The translations under genes and the position numbers were made by a program. A stretch of DNA of 64,000 bases from Pirellulales bacterium (GTDB lineage: Bacteria > Planctomycetota > Planctomycetia > Pirellulales > PALSA-1355): assembly GCA_022844125.1 (NCBI GenBank), contig JALHMI010000017.1, positions 93,687-157,686 on the forward strand. The letters are read 5' to 3'. Positions within the stretch are counted from its first letter, which is position 1; every line of letters starts with the position of its first letter. Positions 39,004 to 47,958 of this stretch are shown here, piece after piece. Under the pieces are notes generated by a model. It searched no databases. It had not been told where the DNA came from and saw nothing but the letters and a program-made list of their open reading frames with translations.

Positions 39004-39831
39004 TCAGCCCTTCAGCCCGCTGGTGGCAATGCCGCGGATGAACGTGCGCTGGGCGAACAGGAACAGCAGCACGATCGGCAGCGTGAACAGCACGGCCGCC
39101 GCCATCAGCAGGTTCGTCTGGCTGGAGTAGGAGCTGACGAACTGTTCGAGCCCATAGGCCAAGGTGAACCGCGCGGGATCGTTCAGGTAGAGCAGCGGTC
39201 CGCTGAAGTCGTTCCAGGCGGCCACGAACTGGAACAGCGCCACTGTGGCGAGCGCAGGCCCCGAGAGCGGCAGGATGATCCGCCAGTAGATGCCCCACTC
39301 CGTGCAGCCGTCGAGCCGCGCGGCCTCGCTCAGTTCTTCCGGAATCGTGAGGAAGAACTGCCGCAAGAGGAAGATCGAGAAGGCGTCGCCCAGGAACGTG
39401 GGCGCGATCAGCGCGCCGAGCGTGTTGTACAGCCCTAGCTCGCTGATTAGCAGAAACTTGGGGACCATTGTCACGTGCCAAGGGAGCAGCATGGTGGCGA
39501 TCAGCAGGCCGAACACGGCGTTGCGCCCCGGCCAGCGCATGCGGGAGAACGCGTAGGCCGCCAGCGAGCAACTCCAGAGCGTGCCGATCACGCTGCCCGC
39601 GCAAAGCACCAGCGAGTTGAGCAGGTACTGGAAGTACGGCATCGTGGTCACGGCGTCGAGGTAGTTCGCCGGGCGCCACTCGCGTGGGAAGACGCGATGC
39701 GGATCGGCGGCCAGCTCTGCGGCCGGCTTGAGCGAGGAGAGGAGCATCCAGACCAGTGGCAGCGCGAACAGGCTCGCGGCCGCGATCAAAAGGCCGTGCG
39801 CAACAAACCAGGGTGGGCTACTGCGGCGCAT
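39004..39831 (-). CDS. Carbohydrate ABC transporter permease (MalG-like)
   Basis: 275 aa, 6 TM. The EAA loop EELSEAARLDGCTEWGIYWRIILP is typical of binding-protein-dependent permeases. Confidence 0.85.
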   Translation of the reverse strand: MRRSSPPWFVAHGLLIAAASLFALPLVWMLLSSLKPAAELAADPHRVFPREWRPANYLDAVTTMPYFQYLLNSLVLCAGSVIGTLWSCSLAAYAFSRMRWPGRNAVFGLLIATMLLPWHVTMVPKFLLISELGLYNTLGALIAPTFLGDAFSIFLLRQFFLTIPEELSEAARLDGCTEWGIYWRIILPLSGPALATVALFQFVAAWNDFSGPLLYLNDPARFTLAYGLEQFVSSYSSQTNLLMAAAVLFTLPIVLLFLFAQRTFIRGIATSGLKG

Positions 39832-41176
39832 CGCGCTCGGCCTCCAGACGGGTTTGAATGCGGCGGGTGGCTTCGGTGAGCGCCTGCTCCGCGGGCAGGC
39901 TGCGATAGATCGCGTCTTCCGCGGCGCGAGTCACCTCGTCCTGAAAGAACTGCGCGCCGGGCACCGCGGGCGTGGGGCGCTGGTTGGGACTGGCGGCCAG
40001 TTCGACGAAGGTGCGGAACATCGGATGGCGGTTGAGATATTCCTGGAAGCGCGGCTGCTCGACGACATGCTGCGAGGCCGGAATCCAACCGCCGGCCGTG
40101 CAAGCCCGGGCCGCTTCGTCTTCGTGGCCATCGAAGCCGCTCCAGAATTTCATGAACGCCCAGGCCCCGCGCGGATTCTTCGCGCCGCGCGGAACGACAA
40201 AGAAGTTGCCGTTCACCCAGCCGGCGTTTTTGCGGCCATCGGGCAGGGCGGGAAGCGGGACGACGCCGTAGTTGGGTACCGCTTCACCGCGCTTGCGAGC
40301 CGCCTCTTGCACGGCGGCGATCTCGCTGACGCGCCACTGCCCGTCCATGAGCATCGCATAGCGCCCTTCGAGCAGCGGGAAGGCCGCGCCGGGAAGTGCC
40401 TGGTCGCCTTTGCGATACCGGGCGACCTGGTCGGCGCCGTAGTCGCGGCTGTAGGAGGCCATCCAGTCGAGCGCGGCGATCACTTGTGGACTGTCGGCAG
40501 TCACGTGTCCGGATGATGGATGATAGAACTCGCCGCCGAAGACGATGCCCCACGACCAGAGCCGGCGCGGATCGGGGAGGTAGCCGTAGCGCGTGAGCGA
40601 TGCGTCGCCCGGCGGCGCGATCGTGCGGGCGGCATGGTCGAGCTCGGCGATGGTTTTCGGGGGCGAGAGGTTATGTTCGGCGAGTAAGTCGCCGTTGTAG
40701 TAGAGCGCGCGGATGTCGAGTCCGTTGCAGAGGGCGACCATCCGGCCGTTATAACTGCCGATCTCGCGCGCGGCCGGGAACAGCCACTTGCTGAGCTCGT
40801 CGATTTCAGTGAGCGAGGTCAGTTCATCGAGCGGCACGAGCGCCCCGCGATGCGCCCAATCGGCCACGATCGGATCGTCCTGGTTCAAGAGATCGGGCGG
40901 ATCGCCGCCGGCGACGCTGAGGAAGAACTTCAAATCGAGGTTGTTGCCCGGCATGGCGATGGGGCGGACAAAGAACTCCTGCTGGCTGGCGTTGAAGCGG
41001 CGGCAGATCTCTTCGACGACGGGCCGATCCTTGCCGCCCCAGAAGTGCCAGAACACGACCTCGCTGCGACCGGCGGGAATCTCGACGCGCGAGCTCGCGC
41101 TTTCGCGGAGCGCGAGGGCTATCACCGCAACGAGCGCGACGACGGCGACAAGTTGTTTCCATTCGCGCTTGGTCAT
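39818..41176 (-). CDS. ABC transporter extracellular solute-binding protein (family 1, sugar-type)
   Basis: 452 aa, N-terminal anchor/signal, located between the two permease genes. Confidence 0.8.
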   Translation of the reverse strand: MTKREWKQLVAVVALVAVIALALRESASSRVEIPAGRSEVVFWHFWGGKDRPVVEEICRRFNASQQEFFVRPIAMPGNNLDLKFFLSVAGGDPPDLLNQDDPIVADWAHRGALVPLDELTSLTEIDELSKWLFPAAREIGSYNGRMVALCNGLDIRALYYNGDLLAEHNLSPPKTIAELDHAARTIAPPGDASLTRYGYLPDPRRLWSWGIVFGGEFYHPSSGHVTADSPQVIAALDWMASYSRDYGADQVARYRKGDQALPGAAFPLLEGRYAMLMDGQWRVSEIAAVQEAARKRGEAVPNYGVVPLPALPDGRKNAGWVNGNFFVVPRGAKNPRGAWAFMKFWSGFDGHEDEAARACTAGGWIPASQHVVEQPRFQEYLNRHPMFRTFVELAASPNQRPTPAVPGAQFFQDEVTRAAEDAIYRSLPAEQALTEATRRIQTRLEAERDAPQ

Positions 41177-41205
41177 GGCGGTGTGAAGTGTGAAAGCTCG
41201 TTGGA

Positions 41206-42177
41206 TTACAACCGCGCGCCGCTGGGATCGAAGACCCAGTAGCGCGAGGAACGGAACAGGCCCCAGGTGGCGAGCACGATCAGCACGAACATCGACCAGG
41301 CGATGGCCGAAGCGTAGCCCATCTCGAGGTATTTGAACGCGGCGAGGAACACGTAGAGCGAGAGCATCAGCGTGCTGCCGGCGGGCGCCCCCTGCCCTTC
41401 GCTGACGATGTACACCTGCGTGAACGCCTGCACGGCGTGGATCAGGCCCATCACGAGGTTAAAGAAAATGACCGGCGTGAGCAGCGGCAGCGTCACGTGC
41501 CAGAAGCGGCGCAGCGGGCCTGCACCGTCGAGCTCGGCGGCTTCATAGAGCTGCACCGGTACGTCGCCGAGCGCGGCGAGGTAAATGATCATGAAGTTGC
41601 CAACGCCCCACAGGCTCATCAGCACCAGGGCGTCTTTCGAGCCGAACCCCCAAGTGCCGCGAAACCACGCCAGCGGCCAGGCGGCTTCGGCCGTGCTATT
41701 GAACCAGCCGGGACCGGACAGGCCGGCGCCGGTGAGCAGGTAGTTCACCAGCCCGGCCTGCGGGTCGAGGAGCCACAGCCAGAGCACGCTGCTGGCCACG
41801 GCCGGCACGACGGATGGCAGGAAGAACAAGGTGCGATAGACGGCGCGGCCGCGAATGTTCCAGCTCAGCATCACGGCGAGCGCGACGCCCAGTACGATTG
41901 AGAGCGGCACACTCACCAGCGCGAAGTAGACCGTGTTCCAGACCGCGAGTCCGAACCGCTCGCCGCGGACGAACTCCTCGGCCAGCCGGCGGTAGTTCTC
42001 AACCCCGACAAACTCAGGCGGCGAGAGCATGTCGTAGCTGGTGAAGCTCCAGAAGAGCGAGGCGATGAACGGATAGGCGATGAGCGTGGCGAAGCCGATC
42101 AGCCAGGGGGCGAGAAACGGCAGCGCGGCGGTGAGTTGGCGAAGCTGGCGGCGGCGATGGCGCGTACTGTGCTCCAT
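41206..42177 (-). CDS. Carbohydrate ABC transporter permease (MalF-like)
   Basis: ATG at 42177. EAA loop YEAAELDGAGPLRRFWHVTLP. Confidence 0.85.
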   Translation of the reverse strand: MEHSTRHRRRQLRQLTAALPFLAPWLIGFATLIAYPFIASLFWSFTSYDMLSPPEFVGVENYRRLAEEFVRGERFGLAVWNTVYFALVSVPLSIVLGVALAVMLSWNIRGRAVYRTLFFLPSVVPAVASSVLWLWLLDPQAGLVNYLLTGAGLSGPGWFNSTAEAAWPLAWFRGTWGFGSKDALVLMSLWGVGNFMIIYLAALGDVPVQLYEAAELDGAGPLRRFWHVTLPLLTPVIFFNLVMGLIHAVQAFTQVYIVSEGQGAPAGSTLMLSLYVFLAAFKYLEMGYASAIAWSMFVLIVLATWGLFRSSRYWVFDPSGARL

Positions 42178-42274
42178 GACCCAGCATTGTACCGAGTGGG
42201 ACAATGCGCACGCGCTGAAAAACGGCCGCATTGCTGAGGTCATGCGCCAACCGTGAACTACTTAGAAGTAGCGT

Positions 42275-43243
42275 TTAGAGCGATCGCCTTCGCCGTCGGG
42301 CGACGAATATTGCGAGTAAGCCAAAGGAGGTCAACAGGCAGGTCGAGGGCTCAGGGACGAACGCCAAGCGGAAGCCAACACCGTCAATCTGGGTTGTCGG
42401 GTTGCCTTCGACCCAGTTCGAAGACTGCAAGTAGTCCAACCCGTTGCCGAACGAACCGCCCCGCACGGCACGAAATGACAAGCCGATGAGCTTTTCGTTC
42501 CACTCCCACACATTGCCGCCCTGGTCGAACGTGCCATAGTAGCTGTCTGAACCCGTGTAGGCACCGCCGATTGTCAAATCACCGACAACAGATAATTCAT
42601 AGTTGGCCGCGTTGCTGCCGCCGGGAGGAGCCTCGGCGGTCGGGGCCATATTACTGGCGGTCGGATAGAGCCAATAGTCGTCCGCATCACCACCTTGCGA
42701 GGCCGGCTGATGATAGGCCGCCTTATACCACTCGTCCTCGCTGGGCAGAAACCATGTCGCGCCGGTGTTGCGCTTAATGCTCCCGCCGTTGCTGGGCGTG
42801 GGCGTGCCGCCCAACAGGGTATACGCGCCGGTCTCCGTATCGCCCGATCCTTGGCCATTGTTCATCCAGTTGGCAAAGCGGATGGCGTCGTACCAGCTCA
42901 CATAGTTGACCGGCATGTTCTCCCGGCCGCTGATTGGCGCGTAGCTGTAGCTGCCGCTGGAGCCGCTACGAGTGATTCCGCCGTAGCCGCTACTCATGTT
43001 CGTGTTGTAGAGGGCTAGCGGATCGCTGGCGGCCTTGGCGTTGAGTAATGCTGCATACTGTGCGTTGGTGACTTCGGTCGTGCCGATGCGATAGTCGTAG
43101 CTGACCGCGCCGTACAGACCACCAGTCGATGGGTCAGGCGCGTTCCCCGCATTTCCAATCGGAACGGTGGGGATCGTGACAGCACATGCCGACTTGGCGG
43201 CAAGCAACAAGCCAAACAGACTCAGGACTGCGATGCGAATCAA
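42275..43243 (-). CDS. FGE-sulfatase (SUMF1/EgtB/PvdO) domain protein with a PEP-CTERM anchor
   Basis: Signal peptide. NVWEWNE and RGGSF motifs of the formylglycine-generating-enzyme fold. C-terminal VPEPSTCLL...RRRRR is PEP-CTERM. Confidence 0.75.
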   Translation of the reverse strand: MIRIAVLSLFGLLLAAKSACAVTIPTVPIGNAGNAPDPSTGGLYGAVSYDYRIGTTEVTNAQYAALLNAKAASDPLALYNTNMSSGYGGITRSGSSGSYSYAPISGRENMPVNYVSWYDAIRFANWMNNGQGSGDTETGAYTLLGGTPTPSNGGSIKRNTGATWFLPSEDEWYKAAYHQPASQGGDADDYWLYPTASNMAPTAEAPPGGSNAANYELSVVGDLTIGGAYTGSDSYYGTFDQGGNVWEWNEKLIGLSFRAVRGGSFGNGLDYLQSSNWVEGNPTTQIDGVGFRLAFVPEPSTCLLTSFGLLAIFVARRRRRSL

Positions 43244-43802
43244 TGGTCGAGCCCTCGACGCACAATGGGGGTAAAAAACAAACGCCGCTCAAATGCAAAC
43301 CCAGGTGCGCGAAGAGCGACAACCATGAGAAGGCAAATGAGCGACGTTTCAGTAGCGGACTTTGGCAAATGCTTTACGGAAGTAAAACTACCCACACATT
43401 ATAGGTTGCCGGGGGGGCAACCATTCCGCACGAGAAATCACAGCGGGTAGCACCGACAACTGCCGGTGTTGCGCAGCAACCGGAGGGCTCAAGCAGAGCG
43501 TCACGGTGTGGCAGGCATGACGGCAGAGTTCGCTCCGTCCTGAACCCTCTCGTGCCGGAGGCACCCTGACAAGCTGTCAGGGCCACCCGGGGTCGACGTC
43601 CCGCTCGATGTGTTATCAGTCGCAACGAAGCGCGAGCGACGCCTGCATTCCAGCGAACGTGCCTGTTGGTGGCCGTTTTCGCAAAAAGAAAAACGGCCAG
43701 TAGAAAACAGGCCAGTGTCTGTGCTAACTTCGCCTCAGACAACCTAATCCGTTGGGTATCAAGTAGAGCCCGCCGACACCATGCGGCCGGGTATCCGCAG
43801 GA

Positions 43803-43846
43803 GCCCGCTTCCGAAGCAATTTCGGCAGCGGGCTTTTTTCGTTTTT
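43803..43846 (+). terminator. Strong rho-independent terminator or attenuator immediately upstream of the toxin-locus RBS
   Basis: GCCCGC..CCGAA GCAAT TTCGG..GCGGGC followed by TTTTTTCGTTTTT. GGAGG at 43847 and ATG at 43859. Confidence 0.65.
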
Positions 43847-43858
43847 GGAGGTGACTGT

Positions 43859-44617
43859 ATGGCACGCGATGAATTGGATCCGCTTGACGATGAGCTGAGG
43901 CCGGAACCTGAAGTCGCCCCAGTACTTCCCGAAGAGACAGCGTTCAACGTCAGGGAAGCAGTCGAAGCGCCCACTGAAGTGGACGATGTCGAGCAAAACG
44001 CCAGCGGACCGGTGGTCTTCGAACAGGCAAGCGTCGAATCGGAGGGAGTCGTGCCTGCCGCTGCTGAATCAGAATCCCAGGACGTGCAAGCGGCACCCAA
44101 CCCCTACGACAACTTTGACAACCAGAAGGCGGTCGAGCGATTCTTCGAGGCGTACCGAGCCCAGCGGGCGGCCGAGCGCGCCGCGTCAGGTGAGAGCGAA
44201 GACGAAATGTTGCCGGCAGACGCTCCGCTGCGCCGCAAGGATGGTTTCTTCTACGCGGAACCTCGCAAGCTGCCGCCCCCGACGCCGTTTGAAGAACTGG
44301 TGTTTGGCTACAGCAAGAAACGCTCGCCGGAACCGACACCGGAGATTCAAGAGCGGTGGCTTCCGCCCGACTTTCTGCCCAAGGGTCCGCGATCGCAGCC
44401 GATCGGCGCCGCCGTTCCTGCGCCCGAGGGGGAAATCAAGGTGACCGTCGAGGTGCGGCTCACGGGCGAAGCGCGCGAGCGGATCACTGACCAGGCAATC
44501 GCCAAGGCAGCGCAGACCCACCAGAACCAGACCGAGATCGTCGCCAAGCGGCTCTATGAACTGACGCGTGAAATCCGCGATCGGGAAGCCGCACGTCGCG
44601 TTCTCTATCGGCGGTGA
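43859..44617 (+). CDS. Hypothetical acidic, Pro-rich protein (first gene of the toxin locus)
   Basis: ATG at 43859 after GGAGG. 252 aa. Its stop lies 4 nt before the toxin gene ATG. No family recognised. Confidence 0.55.
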   Translation: MARDELDPLDDELRPEPEVAPVLPEETAFNVREAVEAPTEVDDVEQNASGPVVFEQASVESEGVVPAAAESESQDVQAAPNPYDNFDNQKAVERFFEAYRAQRAAERAASGESEDEMLPADAPLRRKDGFFYAEPRKLPPPTPFEELVFGYSKKRSPEPTPEIQERWLPPDFLPKGPRSQPIGAAVPAPEGEIKVTVEVRLTGEARERITDQAIAKAAQTHQNQTEIVAKRLYELTREIRDREAARRVLYRR

Positions 44618-44621
44618 GCCC

Positions 44622-46073
44622 ATGATCTCGATCGATCCCCAGGCATCGCTCAAGTATTTCCGCACAATCGCGTCGCACACCGACCGCGATGTTCAGCGGC
44701 GGCTGGATCGCTTTCAGCGGTCGCTGGAGAGGTGGCTGCACAGTGCGCTTAACTGGCCGCAGGACGATTGGGAGTCCGACTTGCGCATGTTCGTCGAGCA
44801 CACGCGTTATGCGGGTTGGGAGATCTCACCGCATTCGCTGGCCAAGATTCGCGAGTTGCTGGAAGCGCGGGCGAAGCGGGCGGGGCCGTTCGCGGTGGCA
44901 ACTGGCGCGCGGAGCCACGAAGCCGACAAGCCAGAAATCCAGCTTGCCGCCGTGATGGCGCCCGGCGAAGACACGGACGCCACGCTGGACCTGACGAGCG
45001 AGGACGCGGAGCAAGTTGAAGAGTCAGTTGATCTGGAGGTGGCAGGTGAGGGGCCGGAGGTGTCGGAGTCGTTCAAGGCGAAGGTAAGGCTGACGCTTGA
45101 ATTACTCGATCCTGCTGTTTGTCGTTGGTGGCATGCGCCGAGCGTCGACGGGTTGATTCAGTCGCGCGATGCATGGGGGCCCCGACGTAATGTGATGAGC
45201 TACGTCGAAAATGACCGCCCGATCATTGTCGTCGACCAGAGCTTTACGGCGGGCGACACGGCGCTCGCGATTATCGACGAGGCGAGCTCGGGCCTGTTTG
45301 CGGATTCGATCGGCGCGCATTTGCGGAAGTACAAGATCGGTCGCGGGCGGAGTGTCGAGGAGTTCATTGCCTGGCGTAAGCAGTCAGCGCAGGAAGCCGC
45401 TGCTGAAGCAGCAAAGATTGCAGAGATCTACTACGGCGCGCTGGCATCGCTAACCCCTGCCGGCGAACTGGTCGTCACGCTCGACGACATCGATCGCAAT
45501 GGCGTGAGCTTGAGTCATGCGCTGATTCTGCTGCCAGGGATGGCCCTGCTCCGCGGACAAATCAAAGGGTTTGTTCTGAAGATCGCTGGCGGAAAGCCGC
45601 TCAGAGTATCTGAAGAATTGTTGAATAAGCTAAGCAAGTTGCCGAAAGCAACTCTGGAGAATCTGGTTGCCAAAGTTCGGAAGGCGAAGACCCCGGAAAA
45701 GGGCATCAAGATACTGCGGGATGGAGTCGAGGCTGCTGCAACTGAGCGTCGCTCTAGGAGTGCTACTGGCGCGGCCAAGGCGACCGCTCGCAAAGGGGGC
45801 CAGGTTCACCATGCAATCTCGGTACGAGTCCATAGAGCGTTGGAAAAACACAAGAGACTAAAGGGTAAATATAAGCCCCGCGACAAACGATTCGAGTATC
45901 AGGCCGTTAGCCTTGAGGCACATAATGGTTATGAGCACTGGCACATCGACCTTGATGCCGAGGTTGTAGAATGGCTTCGTGAAAATCAGGACGCAACAAC
46001 GGAAGTATTTGAAGGGTGGCTCGCCAAAAGATATAGGAAGCCCGACCTTGCTTGGCGGTTTAAAAGTAAATGA
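44622..46073 (+). CDS. Polymorphic toxin-like protein with a C-terminal HNH/EndoVII-fold (AHH-like) nuclease domain
   Basis: ATG at 44622. The central region (YYGALASLTPAGELVVTLDDIDRNGVSLSHALILLPG...) is repeated at 47957. The variable C-terminus carries QVHHAIS ... EAHNGYEHWH. Confidence 0.6.
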   Translation: MISIDPQASLKYFRTIASHTDRDVQRRLDRFQRSLERWLHSALNWPQDDWESDLRMFVEHTRYAGWEISPHSLAKIRELLEARAKRAGPFAVATGARSHEADKPEIQLAAVMAPGEDTDATLDLTSEDAEQVEESVDLEVAGEGPEVSESFKAKVRLTLELLDPAVCRWWHAPSVDGLIQSRDAWGPRRNVMSYVENDRPIIVVDQSFTAGDTALAIIDEASSGLFADSIGAHLRKYKIGRGRSVEEFIAWRKQSAQEAAAEAAKIAEIYYGALASLTPAGELVVTLDDIDRNGVSLSHALILLPGMALLRGQIKGFVLKIAGGKPLRVSEELLNKLSKLPKATLENLVAKVRKAKTPEKGIKILRDGVEAAATERRSRSATGAAKATARKGGQVHHAISVRVHRALEKHKRLKGKYKPRDKRFEYQAVSLEAHNGYEHWHIDLDAEVVEWLRENQDATTEVFEGWLAKRYRKPDLAWRFKSK

Positions 46074-46086
46074 AAGGGTTCAAGAG

Positions 46087-47106
46087 GTGACTTTCTACAC
46101 CATCAAACAGTCAGACGATCACTCAGCGCTCACATATGCGTACGAATACAAAGCAGTGATGGGCGACGCGGAATCCTGTGAATTCTGCGGAGCATGCATC
46201 AGCCTTCTGACTTGGCAGCCACCGTTCCGCGTCGAACTCGAGATGATCGGCCGAGAGTTCTCCGACATCATCTTCGACATTGGCAACGGCCTGCTTTTGT
46301 CAGAACGAACCGTGCATTTGTGCCGCGATAATCGTCTGACAGGGTTAAAGGAGATCCATCCGGTCGAAGTCGTGAAGGTCAGATCTCGCTGGCGAAAGCG
46401 GCCCGAGCCCCCTAGATACTTTTATGCGCCGATCCAGCGGGGGCCGGCACGCGTTGACGTGGCTGCCTCGGGGATCGTGTGGCTTGCGCCGCCTGCTTGC
46501 CAACATTGCCTCGGCGCCAACAAAATGCGCTGGCAACGAGTCCAGTTGGAACCGAATACCTGGGGAGGCGAAGACATTTTTGCACCCATCGGCTTGTCCG
46601 GAACGATGATTATTTCGCCGCGGTTCAAGCAGATCTGTCAGCAGCACGAGCTGAAGAATGTCATGACGCTTCCGATCGAACAAGACTCTCACGATTTCTA
46701 TCCAGGGGTTAAGGACGGCAAGGAGTGGGCGCAGATTGTTGCGGAAGATAATGCGCCGCCGCCTGCCGACGACCAGGAAGCCCTGCATAGACTCGCCAAG
46801 GTCGCGCGGCTCGACATCGAACAGCTAATCACGCACTATTTGCACCTGCCCACCAAACGCGCTGCGAAGCGGGCACATATCGCCTTGTCCGCTCGCGACT
46901 TCGAAGTAGACGAGCCTTACAAGTTCTTTGCGAAATGGGGATTGCGAGTCCACACACGGCTCATCCCCGAGGAATCCGCCATCATCGAGCTCCGCCAGAT
47001 GTTCACCGAGATTGCCGAGGAGAACGACGGTACCTACGACCGCTGGGAAGCTGATCTCCGCACCGAAGAGCAGCGGGCACATGATCGCCAACGCGGCGGA
47101 TGGTAA
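46087..47106 (+). CDS. Putative immunity protein: double-CxxC(G) domain fused to an RraB-like domain
   Basis: In-frame GTG at 46087 (MTFYTIKQ). CEFCG and CQHCLG motifs resemble the myxobacterial double-CXXCG paralog family. The C-terminal THYLHLP...FTEIAEENDGTYDRWE resembles the RraB/DUF695 fold. Confidence 0.5.
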   Translation: MTFYTIKQSDDHSALTYAYEYKAVMGDAESCEFCGACISLLTWQPPFRVELEMIGREFSDIIFDIGNGLLLSERTVHLCRDNRLTGLKEIHPVEVVKVRSRWRKRPEPPRYFYAPIQRGPARVDVAASGIVWLAPPACQHCLGANKMRWQRVQLEPNTWGGEDIFAPIGLSGTMIISPRFKQICQQHELKNVMTLPIEQDSHDFYPGVKDGKEWAQIVAEDNAPPPADDQEALHRLAKVARLDIEQLITHYLHLPTKRAAKRAHIALSARDFEVDEPYKFFAKWGLRVHTRLIPEESAIIELRQMFTEIAEENDGTYDRWEADLRTEEQRAHDRQRGGW

Positions 47107-47113
47107 AACGACA

Positions 47114-47462
47114 ATGCCTGACGATCGGGATGCAATTGATGCGCTCGGCACCGTCGCTCGACTCGACATCGAGCATGAAATCACTCACTTCTTGCATATG
47201 CCCACAGAGGATGCCGCGGAGCGAGTGAGAATCGCACTGACCGCGCGAGATTTCGTAGTCGATGACGTCTGGCTGATCTTCGGTACGTGGTGCGTCACGG
47301 TGCGCACCATACTTGTCCCTGAGGAATCCGCGATTGTCGAGCTGCGTCGTATCTTTACCGAGATCGCCGAAGAGAACGACGGCGAGTACGACGGCTGGGA
47401 AGGCCGATCTGCGCACGGAAGAACAAAAGGCCGAAGATCGTCGCAATGGCGGGATAGGTTGA
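47114..47462 (+). pseudogene. Second RraB-like domain gene, with an apparent 1-nt insertion near 47400
   Basis: MPDDRDAIDALGTVARLDIEHEITHFLHMP...EIAEENDGEYDGWE is paralogous to 46790-47106. Homology to the ADLRTEEQ... tail continues only in the +1 frame, ending at TGA 47460-47462. The unshifted frame runs on to 47650, antisense to the PNP fragment. Confidence 0.5.
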
Positions 47463-47472
47463 CCCGCCTGCG

Positions 47473-47958
47473 TCACAACCCCGCCACGATCCCGCGGATG
47501 ATCGCGCGGACTTTGGGGGCGGCGGTCGTGGCGACGTGCTCGACTTCGCTCGATTTGGCGCCGGACAGCGCTTCGGGACGGCATTCGTTGGTCACGACCG
47601 AGAGCGCCAGCACGCGCAGGCCGCATTGCCGGGCGGCGATCACCTCGTGAACCGTCGACATCCCGACGGCGTCCGCGCCCAGGCGGCGGAGCATCCGGTA
47701 TTCGGCGCGGGTTTCGTAGTTCGGGCCGAGGACGCCGACGTACACGCCGCGGTGAGCCACGAAGTCTTCGCGACGAGCAATGGTCGCTGCGGCATCAAGC
47801 AGCTCGGCGTCGAATAGCCGGCTCATGTCGGGGCAGCGGGTACCCAGCGAATCGTCGTGCTGGCCGATCAAGGGGCCGTCGAACGTGAAGTTGATCTGAT
47901 CTTCGACCAGCATCAGATCGCCGACGCGATAGTGGGGATTCATCCCGCCGCAAGCGTT
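47473..47958 (-). pseudogene. Duplicated 3' fragment (about 160 codons) of the purine nucleoside phosphorylase gene
   Basis: Near-identical nucleotide copy of about 49294-49779 including the stop region. It ends abruptly at ...GCAAGCGTT, where toxin homology begins. Confidence 0.85.

Noticed and set aside
38347-39438. 363-aa plus-strand ORF downstream of csrA
   Set aside because: Its 3' half is antisense to the convincing MalG-like permease gene. Its 5' half has no protein-like composition (Arg/Pro/Ser-rich) and no RBS.
43560-43790. tmRNA-like features (GGGGTCGACG near 43589 and ...GCCGACACCA near 43775)
   Set aside because: The putative acceptor pairing has a mismatch and lacks the G3:U70 pair. 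The span is only about 190 nt. There is no GTTCGA T-loop and no tag-peptide reading frame ending in a stop. It is kept only as a generic structured leader.
46928-47650. 240-aa ORF treated as a single gene
   Set aside because: It is a composite. Its first part is an alternative frame of the first immunity gene, its middle is the second RraB-like domain, and its tail is antisense to the PNP fragment after an apparent frameshift.
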